From: Octopus vulgaris
Lineage: Eukaryota
Reading direction: 5' to 3'
NCBI GenBank assembly: GCA_951406725.2
Contig: OX597822.1
Coordinates: forward strand, 21,700,001 to 21,764,000
DNA length: 64,000 nt
The notes below the pieces were generated by a model. The model was given only the letters and a program-made list of their open reading frames with translations, was not told where the DNA came from and made no database searches. Within the stretch, counting starts at the first letter, position 1. Every line of letters starts with the position of its first letter. Positions 24,431 to 38,091 of the stretch are shown in pieces. The translations under genes were made by a program, and so were the position numbers.

Positions 24431-26340
24431 TATTATCTATTCACTTTTATTTTATTGTGTATTCCTCGCCATGAAATTGAATGGATCTACCAACTTCATA
24501 TTTAATGCACCAATTTTCATCAGAAAATGAGTTTTTGAATTGATATTAGTTTGAAATGAAGCATATTTAAATCATTGTTAAAACAATCTGACAGCCCCAG
24601 ATTTAATTTAAGGAACAGAAGTTGATATTTTCTTCCTATGTATTACATTTATATTGTTTTGTTTTGTTTTTCGAATGTTTATATTTTGTTAATAAGTTTG
24701 CTCAGTTCACAGAATATAATCTATAAGTTAAAGCAACATTTTCATCATAAATGTACTTCACTTTATTCATTCTGACATTCAGTTTTGCTTTTGTTGCAGT
24801 TTTATTTTGTCTGTTTTTTTTTTTTAATTTTATTTCTTACTTTTTTCTAATCATTTATACTGTAGTCAAACTATATAACATTCCAATGTACGTTATCTAG
24901 AAATTTCTCTAGCTTCCAGTTCATTCTATAAAACAATGAAATAAAATTACACCATAGACATTTAAATATAAATAAATGTATGTATGTTTGTAAGTGTGTG
25001 TATGTATGTATGTATGGATGGATGTATGGATGGATGGATGGATGGATGGATGGATGGATGGATGGATGGATGTAGGGAGGGAGGGAGAGAAACACACAGG
25101 GTCTAGTTATCTATTCCTCTATCTCTCTCTTATATATACATACATACAAATGCACACACACATATATGTATATTTGTGCGTGCGTATATATATTTATATA
25201 TGATGATGATGATGTATATACTCATATTTCTATTTGCCAGATTGTTATATGAATATATGTATGTATATGTGTGTGTGTGAATATATGTTTGTATGCATAC
25301 GTGTGTGTACATATGTGCATATTTATGTATATCAAGATATTTGTATACAATTTCCAAGTTATCGTAGGACAGTGAAATAAAGATTATAAAGTAGGATATT
25401 TCTGAAAGAATTGCTGAGGCCAACATTTTATTCAGCTGGGTGCACCTCATGACATGGAGCCACTCATCCCTGAGTTAGAAGTGATATTTATTTTTTCCAG
25501 CTGGCTGAGTAAGTCAAACAGAGTAATATGACTTGTCTAGCATCACAACATAATGAATTTAGCAAGAGTTGAACTCCTGACATTGTGGCCAATTGTCCAA
25601 TCCAGTACCACAATCAGAATGCTTGTTGGCACACATGCAGCAACACTGGCTTATATGTATGCCTGTCAAATATAACACACACACTGATGCATATATATGT
25701 GTGTATGTATATATATGGGTTAGCTAGTCCAAATTACTCCATAAAGAGCATGGAGCTGGTTTCCTGTTCTCTCTGTTGTATATATTCCTCGTTGGACAGG
25801 ACACTGAACTCTGTATATATATGTGCGTGCATGCGTGTGTGTGTGTGTGTGTGTACATACATGCACATATAAATATATATGTGTGAATGCTTTTATGTAT
25901 ATGAACACACACACACACATTACTGTAATTTTCTCTTTTCTGTTGGATAAATCTTTATGTTGATATTCTGCTTGGGTAAGATGAAGCCAACATGTGTTGT
26001 GCAGCAGACCCATTCTACCATGTAGCCTGATCCCATTTCCAAGCAATACTGAAAGGAGGCTGGTTTCCTTTCATTTGATTTTGTCCTGTATACATATAGT
26101 TCATGCAGAATTTTCAAAGAACCTCCCTTATAATATAAATATATGTACAATATAAAACACTTTAACAAGATTTGATATCTTACACTATGCTTCACATTCA
26201 GCAAAACTAGTTATTACCTGTGCCTCAGAAGGTGTTGAAGTAATTAATTATATGGGATTTGAATCGTAATCTGAAGTTTTTTAATCTAGTTCAAGTTAAA
26301 TAATCTGTTTTGTATGAATAAATGGGAAGTTTTCTTTTAG

Positions 26341-26362
26341 CAGTCTTTGTCCACATCTGCAG
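26341..26362 (+). CDS. Candidate 22-nt (or 19-nt) microexon with NAGNAG acceptor
   Basis: ttttcttttag|cag|tctttgtccacatctgcag|gtatgc; the phase 1-to-2 reading VFVHICS joins exon 29355 in frame. Confidence 0.35.
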
Positions 26363-27040
26363 GTATGCTCTACCACACACACACACACACACTGGGATAT
26401 GTAACACACTGCCTAAATACTAACCTTGAGAAATTAGGCTTCTCAAAACCAGAAAGGGGAAAGCTGATTTGAAGACTACAGATCTAGTCCATCACTGGAA
26501 CTGTAAAAATCTGTAAAACTTTGCCGAAATTTATCTTTGAAGTATTTATGAGCTTGTCTAGATATGCAAGTATATGCATGAGATGACATACATAAAACAA
26601 AACATACAAATCTGCACATATGCATACATACTAAAATACCTTGTTGATGATGTTGATGTATGTATATATGCATGCATGTGCATGCACAAATACACACATG
26701 CACACATATATACATACATATGCCAGTTGCTTTGCTCTTAAAACCTATCCAGCAATTCTTTCCAGAGACATTTTTACCACATGTTCATAGAATCTCTCAA
26801 TTTGAAGTTGTGGCTCAGCCTGGAGTGCCTCTCTAATCTCAGTGCTGTACAATCTTTTAAGTAACATTACTCCAAACACCCTTCAGAGAGACCCCATCTC
26901 AGCCACTTCTGTTTGCGTTTGCATTCTTTCAGTCATTACCCAAGATTCATCACTATGTAAGGGTGGGCATAAACATCGAAATAGAGAATTTGACTTTTAC
27001 ACCTACCTCCTTTCTTTAGTGACTGAATGCTGAAGCAAGA

Positions 27041-27275
27041 TTTTTTTTTATGCGCCCTTTTCAAGCCTAGCCAGGCTCATGGGCCCAGTTTCCCGGTTTC
27101 TATGGTGTATGAGATGCCAGTTCATTGCAGCATTATTCAAGAAACAGGAAGAAATAGTGAGAGAAAGTTGGACTGAAAGAGCTTTAGGTGTTTTCGCTCA
27201 ATAAACACACTCAATGCCCGGTCTGGGAATCGAAACCGCGATCCTTTGACAGCGAGTCCACTGCCCTAACCACTG
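27041..27275 (-). mobile_element. tRNA-derived SINE (family C head, poly-A tail) with 12-bp TSD
   Basis: gctgaagcaaga at 27029-27040 and 27276-27287; head shared with the copy at 45647. Confidence 0.85.
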
Positions 27276-27577
27276 GCTGAAGCAAGAGCTTTCATAAAAC
27301 ACGAAGGAATAATCGAATCATGATGCACTCATACTTGGGAATTAAAATGCACGTGCATGTACACACAAAATTCAAATAAAAACACACATATACACTCTAA
27401 AGAAACTAGGCTCAGCTCACAAAACACATCTTAATTTGTCTAATTGAAGCAATTATTCTTGTCGGCCTCTATAGAAATAATTAGAAATATTTTGCAACCA
27501 AACATTAAGTCAATGAATTGAGTGTATTGTCATCTCACATCTTCTGGAAGAAGTTGTTCTCCAAATTTGAAATACCT

Positions 27578-27797
27578 ATTTCTTTACTACCCACAAGGGG
27601 CTAAACACAGAGGACAGACAAACGGATTAAGTCGATTATATCGACTCCAGTGCGTAACTGGTCCCTCTTAATTTATCGACCCTGAAAGGATGAAAGGCAA
27701 AGTTGACCTCGGTGGAATTTGAACTCAGAACGTAGTGGCAGACGAAATACTGCTAAGCATTTCGCCCGGTGTGCTAACATTTCTGCCAGCTCGCCGA
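27578..27797 (-). mobile_element. SINE family B
   Basis: Matches 12774-13000. Confidence 0.9.
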
Positions 27798-28326
27798 CCA
27801 TAGTGATTGACATAATCTCATTCAAATCTGCCAGAACATATAAAAAGTGACTTTGTATATCACCATTCTGATTCTAGCTGGTTTATGTAGGCCTGATAAT
27901 TTGTTATTGACTCAGCATACATCAGCAAATGTACATCATATACTCATGTATGTTTTTATCTCTTTTAGATAAATAACAAGAGTTATGTTTCTTTGACATT
28001 TTTCTTTCTTGTACATTTGATACTTTAAAATATTCAGCTTCAGCAGTAATATAAAACCCTTTTAAATCATTGCCAGTCTATTATTTTTCATTCCATTCCT
28101 TTGAATATAATGGTTTCTTCGATTTACTCTAAAATTACATCAATTTTACACAACAAATAAGGATTTAATATTTATTTTCTTCCAATCTCATTTTGTAATC
28201 TTACAATTTTGTTCTTACATCATCGTTTCTTACCAGTTTTTTGTCAATGTCCCCCTTTCTTAACCTGCCAATCTCCAGTGAGCCATTGGTGAAACAAGAT
28301 ATTGTAAATCAGTATTATCACACACA

Positions 28327-28606
28327 CACTTGGAAATTGAAAAATATTTACTTGACATCTTTAAGATGGTGTATATTAACTTGACCCATTCCATAAATCA
28401 ACGATTTTCAAAAGTAGTGTGAAAGGGAAGGACATGAAGCTATGATATAACTACCTCAACTTTTACCCTTATGGTATAGCTTCATGCCCCTCTATCTCAC
28501 ATTACTTTGAAAGTCAGGAAATTGTGAAACCAGTTAAGTTAACATAAATAAACCTTCTTAAAGACTTCAAGTGTATTTTCAACTTCATTTCTTTATAATC
28601 CAAGTG
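28327..28606. mobile_element. Old fold-back (MITE-like) palindrome, ~280 bp
   Basis: Ends cacttgga/tccaagtg; inner pairing catgaagctat/atagcttcatg and tttcaaa(a)gta/tactttgaaa. Confidence 0.65.
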
Positions 28607-29354
28607 GAATGAAAAAGGACTTATTGTTTTCTGTGAGTGTATGTTTGTGTGCTATTAAGCATCGAGTTCATTTCTTGTACATCTATAGCATCATAGTACT
28701 TTATTTCACTGCATGCACTCTACGCTTATTTCTTTCATGGTCACAAGGTGCAAATTTGATAGATGAGTTAACTACAGAAGATGACTGGTACTTTGCAATT
28801 CCAGAAGCATAAAGAACATTATCTCAGTGAGATTCAGAGTCAGAATGTAAAACCTTACAACTAATTATCTAATGGCATTCCTCTTAGTGCTCAAATGTTT
28901 TACCAATCTGACATAAAATATTTCCTTCTAATATTGAACACAATACCAAAAATTCTTGAGGGGTGAGGACCAATCCCTAGAGTGATGAAAAGTAAAGATG
29001 ATTATGACAGTTTTTGAACTCAGAATGTAAAGAATTGAAAAGAAGACAGCAAAGTATTTTTCTGATTTTTGATGATTTTGCCAACCCACCGTCCATCTGC
29101 TACATAATATTCAGATTAAAAAAATATAATTAAATAGTTCAAATGTAATAAAAATAGAAAAGGTTATAAAAATAGAAAAGTTCAAATGTAATAAAAATAG
29201 AAAAGGTATAAGTGACATTTTGCCCCCTCTTAATTTGTGGTTCTGCACCAATATTAGAAACCCTTAACTTGATAGTTTTACATAAAAGTTGGCGGAAATA
29301 GTTTTATTTTATTTTTATACTAACTTCATTGACATCCCTACTACCTTGTTGCAG

Positions 29355-29513
29355 TGATGCAGTGGGGTCTCTGAGCCACTGGCGTTTTGGCTGCATTGTG
29401 TATCTTCAGTCAAAACTACACCCAGATCAAGATCAGTTTCCTCTTCCTGTGGAAGCTGAAATCTTAGACGATTCTAGTGTTTTTTGTGACCTCTATTTTC
29501 AGATTTCTAAATG
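29355..29513 (+). CDS. Probable internal coding exon (159 nt, phase 2-2) of an unidentified host gene
   Basis: Branch point tactaac, acceptor ccttgttgcag, open frame DAVGSLSHWRFGCIVYLQSKLHPDQDQFPLPVEAEILDDSSVFCDLYFQISK, donor tg|gtaaga; non-repetitive and GC-richer than its flanks. Confidence 0.62.
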
Positions 29514-30528
29514 GTAAGATTCTGTCTGAAAATGTTTGATGTAAATGTTCACTGAACTCTTTAGTTTCTCTAGAATAACTAGTCTTGTGTACTTCTACCT
29601 GTGTAAATTTTATTGCTTTAAAAAGAAAACCCAAAATAAAATATAATTTTTCAACAATTTTTCTGTTTGGTTGTTTCGATATGCATTCACAACCCTGCTC
29701 CCTCCTCAGACCATCCCCAACCCCCTTATAAATATCTGATTTCATGCTTTCAAAGAAATTGTTATTATTTTCCTGTCTGCTGCTCTAAAATGAAACGTAA
29801 TGTTATTGTTATTATCACTACAATGATGACAATGTGTCATGATCACCATCATCTTCATCCTCATTGTGTCTAACACTATTGTCATTGCAAACATCATCAC
29901 AATCTCATCAGCATATTAATCATTATAATAATATTTCTCATCTTCATCACAATCATCTTCATCATCATCATCACCATCATCATCATTTACTTGCCTGAAT
30001 TTTTTTTTTTATAATAGGATGCAATCTCAAAGGAACAAAATTTCCTTTGTGATATCTTTCCTTTCCTTTCCTATATTTGTTCACGAATATCCAAACATTT
30101 AAAGGAACAACATAACAGCAACAACAACAACCAGAATAACAAGGAAAACAATAACAACAACAACAACATCTATAACCAAAGGAGTAAAACAAAAACAAAA
30201 TGCATGAATGTGTTTGTGGATGTGATTCTGCTATTTGATTAGTCAGGAAACTTGTAAAACTCTCATCTTTTGTTTGGTATGGTGCTATAATATAAATGTT
30301 ATACTATTATTGTATAAATGTTATAAATGTTATATTGTGTTAACATTGACTGTTGGCCAAATTTCCTTCTATTATCTCCTTAGCTGAACGGTGCTGTTGT
30401 TTGTTTCAATGATACAACAGCCAAGTTATGCTTGAACGGTTGGACATTTTGTTATAAATGTATGTATACATCTATATAGCTATGTATATATCTGTCTGTA
30501 TATCTGTCTATCTGTCTATCTATCTATA

Positions 30529-30567
<39 letters not shown>

Positions 30568-31051
30568 GTGTGTGTGTGTGTGTTACAAAGGAAACTTTCT
30601 GGTTTTTAGAAGTACAAATTGCATTTACAAAACAAAACAAAATGGATATTTTGAGAAATAATGGTGTTTTCAGGTTTTTTTATCACTTTTATAATAATTT
30701 TGTTTTGTCATAAATTGCCATCCATTTTCTTAATCAACCAATCAATAAAGAACAATGTTTATATCATAAAAGTCTTTTTATTAATTTAAAAACAAACAGA
30801 CAAAAAAAAACATGCTCGTTCTTACACCACACTCAGCAACAATCTGAGATAAATAAGTTTTTGATGTTATTTACTTCCATCTTCTCATACTGTCATGGGT
30901 TGAATAAATTTACAAAGTTCTAGACTAGTGATAAATATATAGATAGTTAGACAGACAGACAAAGAAAGAACCCTAGAGACAGAATGAATATTTAGCCTTG
31001 ATAAATACAATCTACTATATATGGTACACTATTTTTTACTGCTTGTAACTC

Positions 31052-31086
<35 letters not shown>

Positions 31087-31344
31087 AATTGTTATTTTCC
31101 AAACAAGTTGAGGAACAGAAGAGGAAATGAAGTTGAAAATTGGAATTAGTAAGAATTTAATTGTTTTAAAATTTAGGAATACACTTGACTGATTTCACAA
31201 TAAATTTTCAAAAGAGTTGTGTCACGAATTAGGAAAAGAGAGAGAGAGAGAGAGAGAGAGGTGGGGCTATAGAAGACTATGAAAATAACAACATATAATA
31301 ATTTTGCTATTAGGCTCATGTTTTGTGAGAAGGAAAAGGAAGTG

Positions 31345-31380
31345 TCTTAACATTTTGGGTATGGCCCTTCATCAGGAAAA
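31345..31380 (-). ncRNA. Decayed hammerhead motif
   Basis: Reverse complement tttc-CTGATGA-a-GGG-ccata-CCC-AAAA-TG-TT-aaga, consistent with CpG decay of CGAAACG. Confidence 0.45.
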
Positions 31381-32281
31381 TGTATGGGATAATAAAAGGT
31401 GAGAGGAGGTAAAAAACAAAGTAAAAAACCAATTGTGATGAAGGAAAAACAATACATATTTGAAACTAAAAACTATCTGTCTGTCTGTCTGTCTACAATC
31501 TTGTTAAGGACATGCTAAACTTTCTCAGACTGGTTCCATGAAACATTGCATCCATTGCATAATGTAAAGGGGTTAGCGTTAGTAGTGTCCAGCTGCAGAA
31601 CCTAAGTAAATGATGAAATGCATGAGCAGGATATAGTCCTCTAACTCATCTAGGAGATAGGTGTCTCCAAATAAAAACTGACTCAGGCTCTATTGATCTG
31701 TGCAACATGTTGCAATATGGATACCAGACGTGAAATGATGATGGTAATAAATATTATGTCTCTGGATCTTAGGAAGGTGACCATCACATATTCACTGCCA
31801 AGTCATCCATTTTCTATCACTGTCGGGCTTTGCAAGAGTTGGTTGGAGGTGAAAGAATATCAGAGTAGGAGAAAGTGCTTTCCAGGAAGTAACCCATACA
31901 TTTGAATTCATGACCTTCCTCTGTGGCAAATATGGAATGAAACATGCAGGATCCAGATATGGAACTCCAACAGAGTGCTGCTGACCTGGCTATAGTTTTG
32001 AGTGGCACCCTCTGTAGCATATTTGTCATGCGTAGCCCTCTTCATCTGCTGGTTCAACTGTTGAGACCTGTTGTAATCATCATCATCCGCCTGTTCCACA
32101 GTTGGGGTCTTTGGGTGTTGGCCATGCTAAGTCTGGGTCCTTGTATATGGACTAACCTGGAGCTTACAACTGACAGCATTGCTCTCAGTTATTAGTCTAT
32201 GCAAGCCCCTCCAATATGACAAAAAGTGACCATCAGAGGGATGATATAATGTCATGTGTGTGTGTTTGTGAGTATATATAT

Positions 32282-33180
32282 ATAAATTATAAATATTATT
32301 GCTAGACAATAGTATTATTTTCCAGCTAAGTAGAGCACTGTACTGTAAAGGCAGAATTACAAATAGAAAATAGTGGTACAACAAGGCACCGATGTTTGCT
32401 GAAAATAGCATTTGATAATAGAACGATGCTATTTCAAAGCTTCACTGAATATATACTGGTAAAGATGTGGTCTAGGTAACGAATATAACAAATTTTCATC
32501 TTACCTCTAGTAAGAACACTGGATAGATGAACAACCTAGAGTGGATAATATAGTGTTCGAGTTTCAGGCTTTCCTAATACACCTGTTATTGTAAATTCTG
32601 TTTGTCCTCATCAGCAAGATTCACCAAACATGAAATTTTAAAATATCCATTACATCAATGCCAAAATATTCGGTTGAACTGTTGTTGACTGCTATTTCCA
32701 GCAAACATCGGTGCCTTGTTGTACCACTATTTTCTATTTGTAATTCTACCTTTATGTTGCCCTATTTAGCTGGAAAATATTATACTATTGTATTACAATA
32801 ATATTTATAACTTTTATATGAAACTTTTTCACTGATTTTGGTTCTATTTATGGCTAGGTGTTCCACCTAATATCCTGGCATTGATATAATGAATATTTTA
32901 AAATTTTGTGTTTGAGGAATCTAACCGATGGAGACTAACTGAATTTATGCGAACAGGTGTTCTCATAAATTCTAATAAATAAAGTCTGAAACTCGAGTAC
33001 TAGATTATCCACTCTAGGTTGTTCATCTAGCCAGTGTTCTCACTAGAGGTAAGATGAAAATCTTTTATATTCATTGTTCACACACATCTTTGCCAGTATG
33101 TATTCAGTGATGCTTTACATAGCATCGTATTGTTATCAACTGCTATTTCCAGCAAACATCGGTGCTTTGTTGTACCACTA
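32282..33180. mobile_element. PLE terminal-repeat remnant: inverted plus partial tandem copies, with hammerheads at 32547-32621 (-) and 32918-33006 (+)
   Basis: 32282-32670 is the reverse complement of 32690-32815 plus 32870-33180; the segment ctgctatttccagcaaacatcggtgc..gtaccacta occurs twice in direct orientation. Confidence 0.8.
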
Positions 33181-33635
33181 TTATATATATATATTGCCAT
33201 TGATGAACCTCTTGATACTGTCATCTAGGAGTTAACAACCAATTTGAAAACCACAAGTTCCTCTGTATGTAGGGTGCCTATACAGGGTGGCTATCACAGT
33301 TACTGGTTCTTGCTGCTGTTGGTAGCATTGATCAGTGTTAATTTGTTCAGTTCTTTTAGTCTGCTTCTTAAACCTTTTGCTATGGTTCACTGCTAGACAA
33401 TGTGATTTATTTGTCAGTTCTTCCTACAGGATGTATGTCATCTTACACCCTTTTAGCATGTTTCTGAGCTGATCTGTTTCTTTTCCCCCACCCCATCTCA
33501 TTTACCTATGGACTCATATTTGCAACTCAGATTAAAAGACTTCCTCAGGAATTTAGGCATTGGGAATGGTCACAAGGCTTGCTATCCTCTTCATATGTGA
33601 TTTGGTTATCATATTTTCAATATTAGCTCTCTTTA

Positions 33636-33852
33636 AGGCAGCAAGATGGCAGAAACATTAGCACATCTGGTGAAATGCTTAGTGGTATTTCGTCTGCCTT
33701 TACATTCTGAGTTCAAGTTCTACTGAGGTCAACTTTGCCTTTCATCTTTTTGGAGGTCAATAAATTAAGTACCAGTTGCATACTGAGATCAATCTAATCG
33801 ACTGGCCCCCTCCCCCAAAATTTCGGGCCTTGTGCCTGGAATAGAAAGGAAT
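33636..33852 (+). mobile_element. SINE family B variant
   Basis: ggcagcaagatggcagaaacattagcac..gttcaagttctactgaggtcaactttgcc. Confidence 0.8.
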
Positions 33853-34189
33853 ATTAGCTCTCTTTTCCCACTGTCAGCCCTTCTTGCTGGCTACTCTTTC
33901 TTGTCACTACTTTGCTACAGCTTTTGGTGGAAGATTTTGTGGTACATTCTATATCTTTGTTGTAGTATTCAGGTTTTACATCATCATTCACAGAGGGCTT
34001 TTTATTGTCACTTTCATAGAAAACCATAAGTCAAACTGACTTTGCACAAACTGCTCTCTAGCTATTGAGATGTTGTTTAAGATGTTACTTCTTTCATATG
34101 AATCATGTATAGATATCATTTATAAAAACTATCATTGAATGGTTCTTATTTACCCAATACTTTCAACAATTTATCCTAGAAATTAAATG

Positions 34190-34560
34190 TATTTATGGAA
34201 ACAAGAGCTTATGTCTAATTCCCAAAAGCCTAAAGTCTTTAGATCCTGCCAGCTACTAGTCTATTTTCTTCACTCCTAATATCTCAAAAATCTCAAAGAA
34301 CTTTATAAGTGATCACTTTCTTTATATGGTTTCTTCAATGCCAGATTGACTGGGGCCAACTTTTCACTCATTACAGTCCAGTGGTCTTTTGTTCCTCAAA
34401 AATTTAGAAAGCTTCATGTTTTGCTCTTGATATCTGCAAAGCCTTCAATTGAGCTTAGAGTGAGAATCTCCTCTCAGAGCTGTTTTCTTATGAGCTTGCT
34501 TCTCTTGTATTATTTGAAACAAAAATTTTCAATTAGATTGTTTCCATTAGATTGCTCCTC
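34190..34560 (+). mobile_element. Highly decayed non-LTR reverse transcriptase fragment
   Basis: Scattered remnants LIPK..DP.SY..I..ISKI, YGF and ALDICKAFN across frames. Confidence 0.4.
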
Positions 34561-35134
34561 ATTCTATCAATTCAGATGTCCACTAATGTTCACTTATGTT
34601 CACAAAATTCTTCCTTTTCTATATATGTAGCTACTTGCAGTTGCCTTTAAACACACACACACCTTTGTAGAATCGTCTTTCTTTAACCTTGCAGACATAA
34701 ATATCAATTAATTGTCAAGAATCCTCAACTTCAAAGAGAACAAGCACAAAAGAATCCACCATGGGATCCTAGCAGCTTAATGTCCTTCAACAACACCAAT
34801 ATGTATTCAATACACATGAAAAAAACAAAACTAGATGCTCACTATGTATGTGCAATACAAAATGAGTCTATAAAGGCTAGTGAGCACAATAGTTGCTTAT
34901 CTTTCATGGAAACCATTCATAGACCAACATTGCATCCTAAAAGATTTCACAACATGAAACTATTTTAGCTTTGAACAGTAGCTGTCTTTCTCAAGGTCTG
35001 AGTGCATCTTTCAGTAAAGTACTGGACAGATATTTGGTACAGTATAACAGCTACATATCTAAAAAGTTACTAATATAGAATAAATAAAGGAGTCTCTATA
35101 TGATCTCTGAGATTGTAAGAAATAACAGACATAT

Positions 35135-35456
35135 TGTCTTCTACTATAGCCTTGGGCCGACCAAAGCCTTGTGAGTGGATTTGGTAGATGGAAACTGAAA
35201 GAAGCCCGTCGTATATATGTATATATATATATGCGTGTGTGTGTTTGTATGTCTGTGTTTGTCCCCCTAGCATTGCTTGACAACCGATGCTGGTGTGTTT
35301 ATGTCCCCGTTACTTAGCGGTTCGGCAATAGAAACCGATAGAATAAGTACTGGGCTTACAAAAGAATAAGTTCCAGGGTCGAGTTGCTCGATTAAAGGTG
35401 GTGCTCCAGCATGGCCGAAGTCAAATGACTGAAACAAGTAAAAGAGAGTAAAGAGT
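35135..35456 (+). mobile_element. SINE family A, 5'-truncated young copy
   Basis: CpG-rich; matches 39010-39413. Confidence 0.88.
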
Positions 35457-36505
35457 ATATTTGTACTGCACTTCTATAAACAAAGAAAAGAAACATTAGA
35501 TAATGTGGTACTAGGTACTGCAGAGTAGATGGAATGGTCTTAGCTGGAATGGTCTTAGCTGGAATGCCATTGATCATAAGTCTGCTACATTAGAGTTGAC
35601 CTCAGCTAAACAACAATATCTGTCATTACAACTAATTGCCAAGACTTCATTACCTATTTGATTACAACTGCTATTGTATCAATGTTCCATATTTTCTTTT
35701 TCCTTCTCACACCTATATGGTTTTTCCACTTCTAAGGATTTGTCAAGTGTACATTGTCCCAGTCTAAATCTCTCTACTTCTCCTCTTCTCTAATTCTCTT
35801 ACCCAAGGTCTGTAATTTACTGAAGATTTCTTCTTGTTCACATGTTTTCCTAAAATAGTGAAATTGAACCATGCATCTCTTGATTATAATGTGAACTTCT
35901 CAACCACTTGACTATGCCTATGCCCACATCAGCCCACCAATTCATACATCCATACATACACAGGCTTATAATGGATTCCTTCATTATTATCATCATAGTT
36001 ACTAACCCTATCATTTTCATTATCGTCTTAAGTTATCCTTGCCATTTTCATCACAAACATAATTGCGATAATTATCATCATCATTATCATCAACAGTTTA
36101 ATGACTGTTGCCACCAACACAAACACTCCATCTGTCACCCACACTCTCTACACCACCTTCCACGCCCCCTTTTACAGATACAATAAAACGAAATCAAAAA
36201 TATATAGAATATAAACAAAATTTTAAATGCCATTAAATATAAATGTATCTCCGTATTTCTTTTAACATGAACATGTTCTATGAATATATGCAAACTATTT
36301 TCATGAAGAGTAGTCAATTAACTGACTTTCTGAAAAAAAAATGTGTTGGGTGGAGGAGAATGGAGAGTGGGAACAGAAGAAAATGAAGGAGCCTTCTTTT
36401 GTTTGCACCATGTTTCTAATAATTAAGTTGGAGATAAAGGTTTTCTGCAAGGCTTGAATCTTGGAGAAAACTACTGTGCTCCCAATTTCTTTGGCTGTTC
36501 TATAG

Positions 36506-36538
36506 CATCATATTAAAAGATGCATCCAATTATCATTG
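36506..36538 (+). CDS. Candidate 33-nt symmetric exon (IILKDASNYH)
   Basis: Acceptor tttctttggctgttctatag, donor ttg|gtattg; phase 2-2 fits between exons 29513 and 47337 but is not required by the model. Confidence 0.3.
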
Positions 36539-36649
36539 GTATTGCTGTTATAATTATTAACTTGTTACTGCTTATAAATCATTTGAAAGACTTTGAAAAT
36601 TACAAAAATAGGCAGATTCATTCACGTATTTCTGTAAGAATCTTAAGCG

Positions 36650-37260
36650 TGTGTCTGTGTGTATGTGTGTGTTTGTGTTTCAGTGTGCTTGGTTATATAT
36701 GTTTGTGTGTCTTTGTGTCTTTATGTGTATGGACGTGCCTATATATGCTTGTATTGCTTATCTGTGTGTGTGTTTCAGTATGCTTGGTTATATATGTTTA
36801 ACTGTGTTTGTCTTTGTGTCTTTATGTGTATGGACCTGCTCATGTATGTTTGTATTACTTATCTGTGTGTGTGCATATCCTTGTGTCTGTGAGTATGGGT
36901 TTGTTTATGCATGACTGTGTGTATGTATATGCTTGTTTTTTTAGTGTGTATATTATTATCTATGTATGCTGCCTTTGTGTAAACGATTATCTGTGTATGC
37001 TAGTTCCTGTGTGTATATGATTATTTGAATGTATATTTGAAATTGTCTTTGTGTCTGTGGGTGTGTCTTTGTATCTGTAGGTGCTTGTTTCTGTGTGTCT
37101 ATATTATATTCGTGTGGGTGTAAAGTTAAGTTGATTCTTTCCATGTGTGTGTGTGTCTGTGTTTCTGTGAGCATACTGTTGTGTCTGTCTGTGCTTGATT
37201 CAATGTATCTGTTGCTTGTTTGTGGGTATCCATGTATGTGTGCATGGGTGTACTTGTCTT
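36650..37260. repeat. Degenerate (TG)-rich tract including a ~95-bp tandem duplication (36675-36870)
   Basis: gtgtttcagt.tgcttggttatatatgttt..tgtgtatggac occurs twice. Confidence 0.75.
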
Positions 37261-37782
37261 TTTTATTGTAGTATTGCCGCATGCTGATATCTTATATTGT
37301 ATTCCATTCCTGGTATCGCACTCTCTCCTTCAATAAGTAATTTAGCTAATAGTTTCCTCTATAGCCTGTCTCTCAACCTACTTCCTGTGTAGCCAATCTT
37401 GCAACCGACTTCCTTTATAACGAATCTCACAATCAACTTCCTATATAACCACTCTAAGATACTTCTGCCTTTATACTCAACCAAACAACCTATTTGTACT
37501 TTCCAATGTAAGAATCATATTTTACTGGTTGGACCTGTGAAAACTTCATGGAAAATATAACAAATGTAAGCATTTGTATATTTTGAGCTGGTGCCATGAG
37601 AAATCTTTCCATATTATGACACTTACAGAATACAGAAAGAAGTGTAAAACCGATAACTATAAAATCCAACCAAAATATCTCAGTTACACAAACATAAACA
37701 GAATAACTATTTAGCCTTAAAATACATCATACATATTCAAAGAACTGTCTTGGTTTAGTGGTACAGAATGTTCTTCTGGTAT

Positions 37783-38091
37783 TCTTTTATTCTTTTACTT
37801 GTTTCAGTAATTTTACTGTTGCCATTCTGGAGCACCGCCCTTTAGTGGAAGTAATGGACTCCTGGATTTATTCCCTGTAAGCCTGGTGCTTATTCTATCA
37901 GTTTCTTCTGCCGAATGGCTAAGTTATGGGGATGCAAACACACCAACATCGGTTGTCAAGCGATGGTGGGAGGGGGACACAATCACAGATACAAAACACA
38001 GACACACACATATGACAAGCTTCTTTCAGTTCCTGTCTACCAAATCCACTCACAAGGTTTTGGTTGTCCCGAGGCTATAGTACAAGACACT
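37783..38091 (-). mobile_element. SINE family A
   Basis: Reverse complement of the 39010-39413 body and tail. Confidence 0.8.

Noticed and set aside
25501-25508. Apparent 8-nt microexon (ttttttccag|ctggctga|gtaagt)
   Set aside because: Lies within a decayed minus-strand SINE core (tttttgccagctgagt motif).
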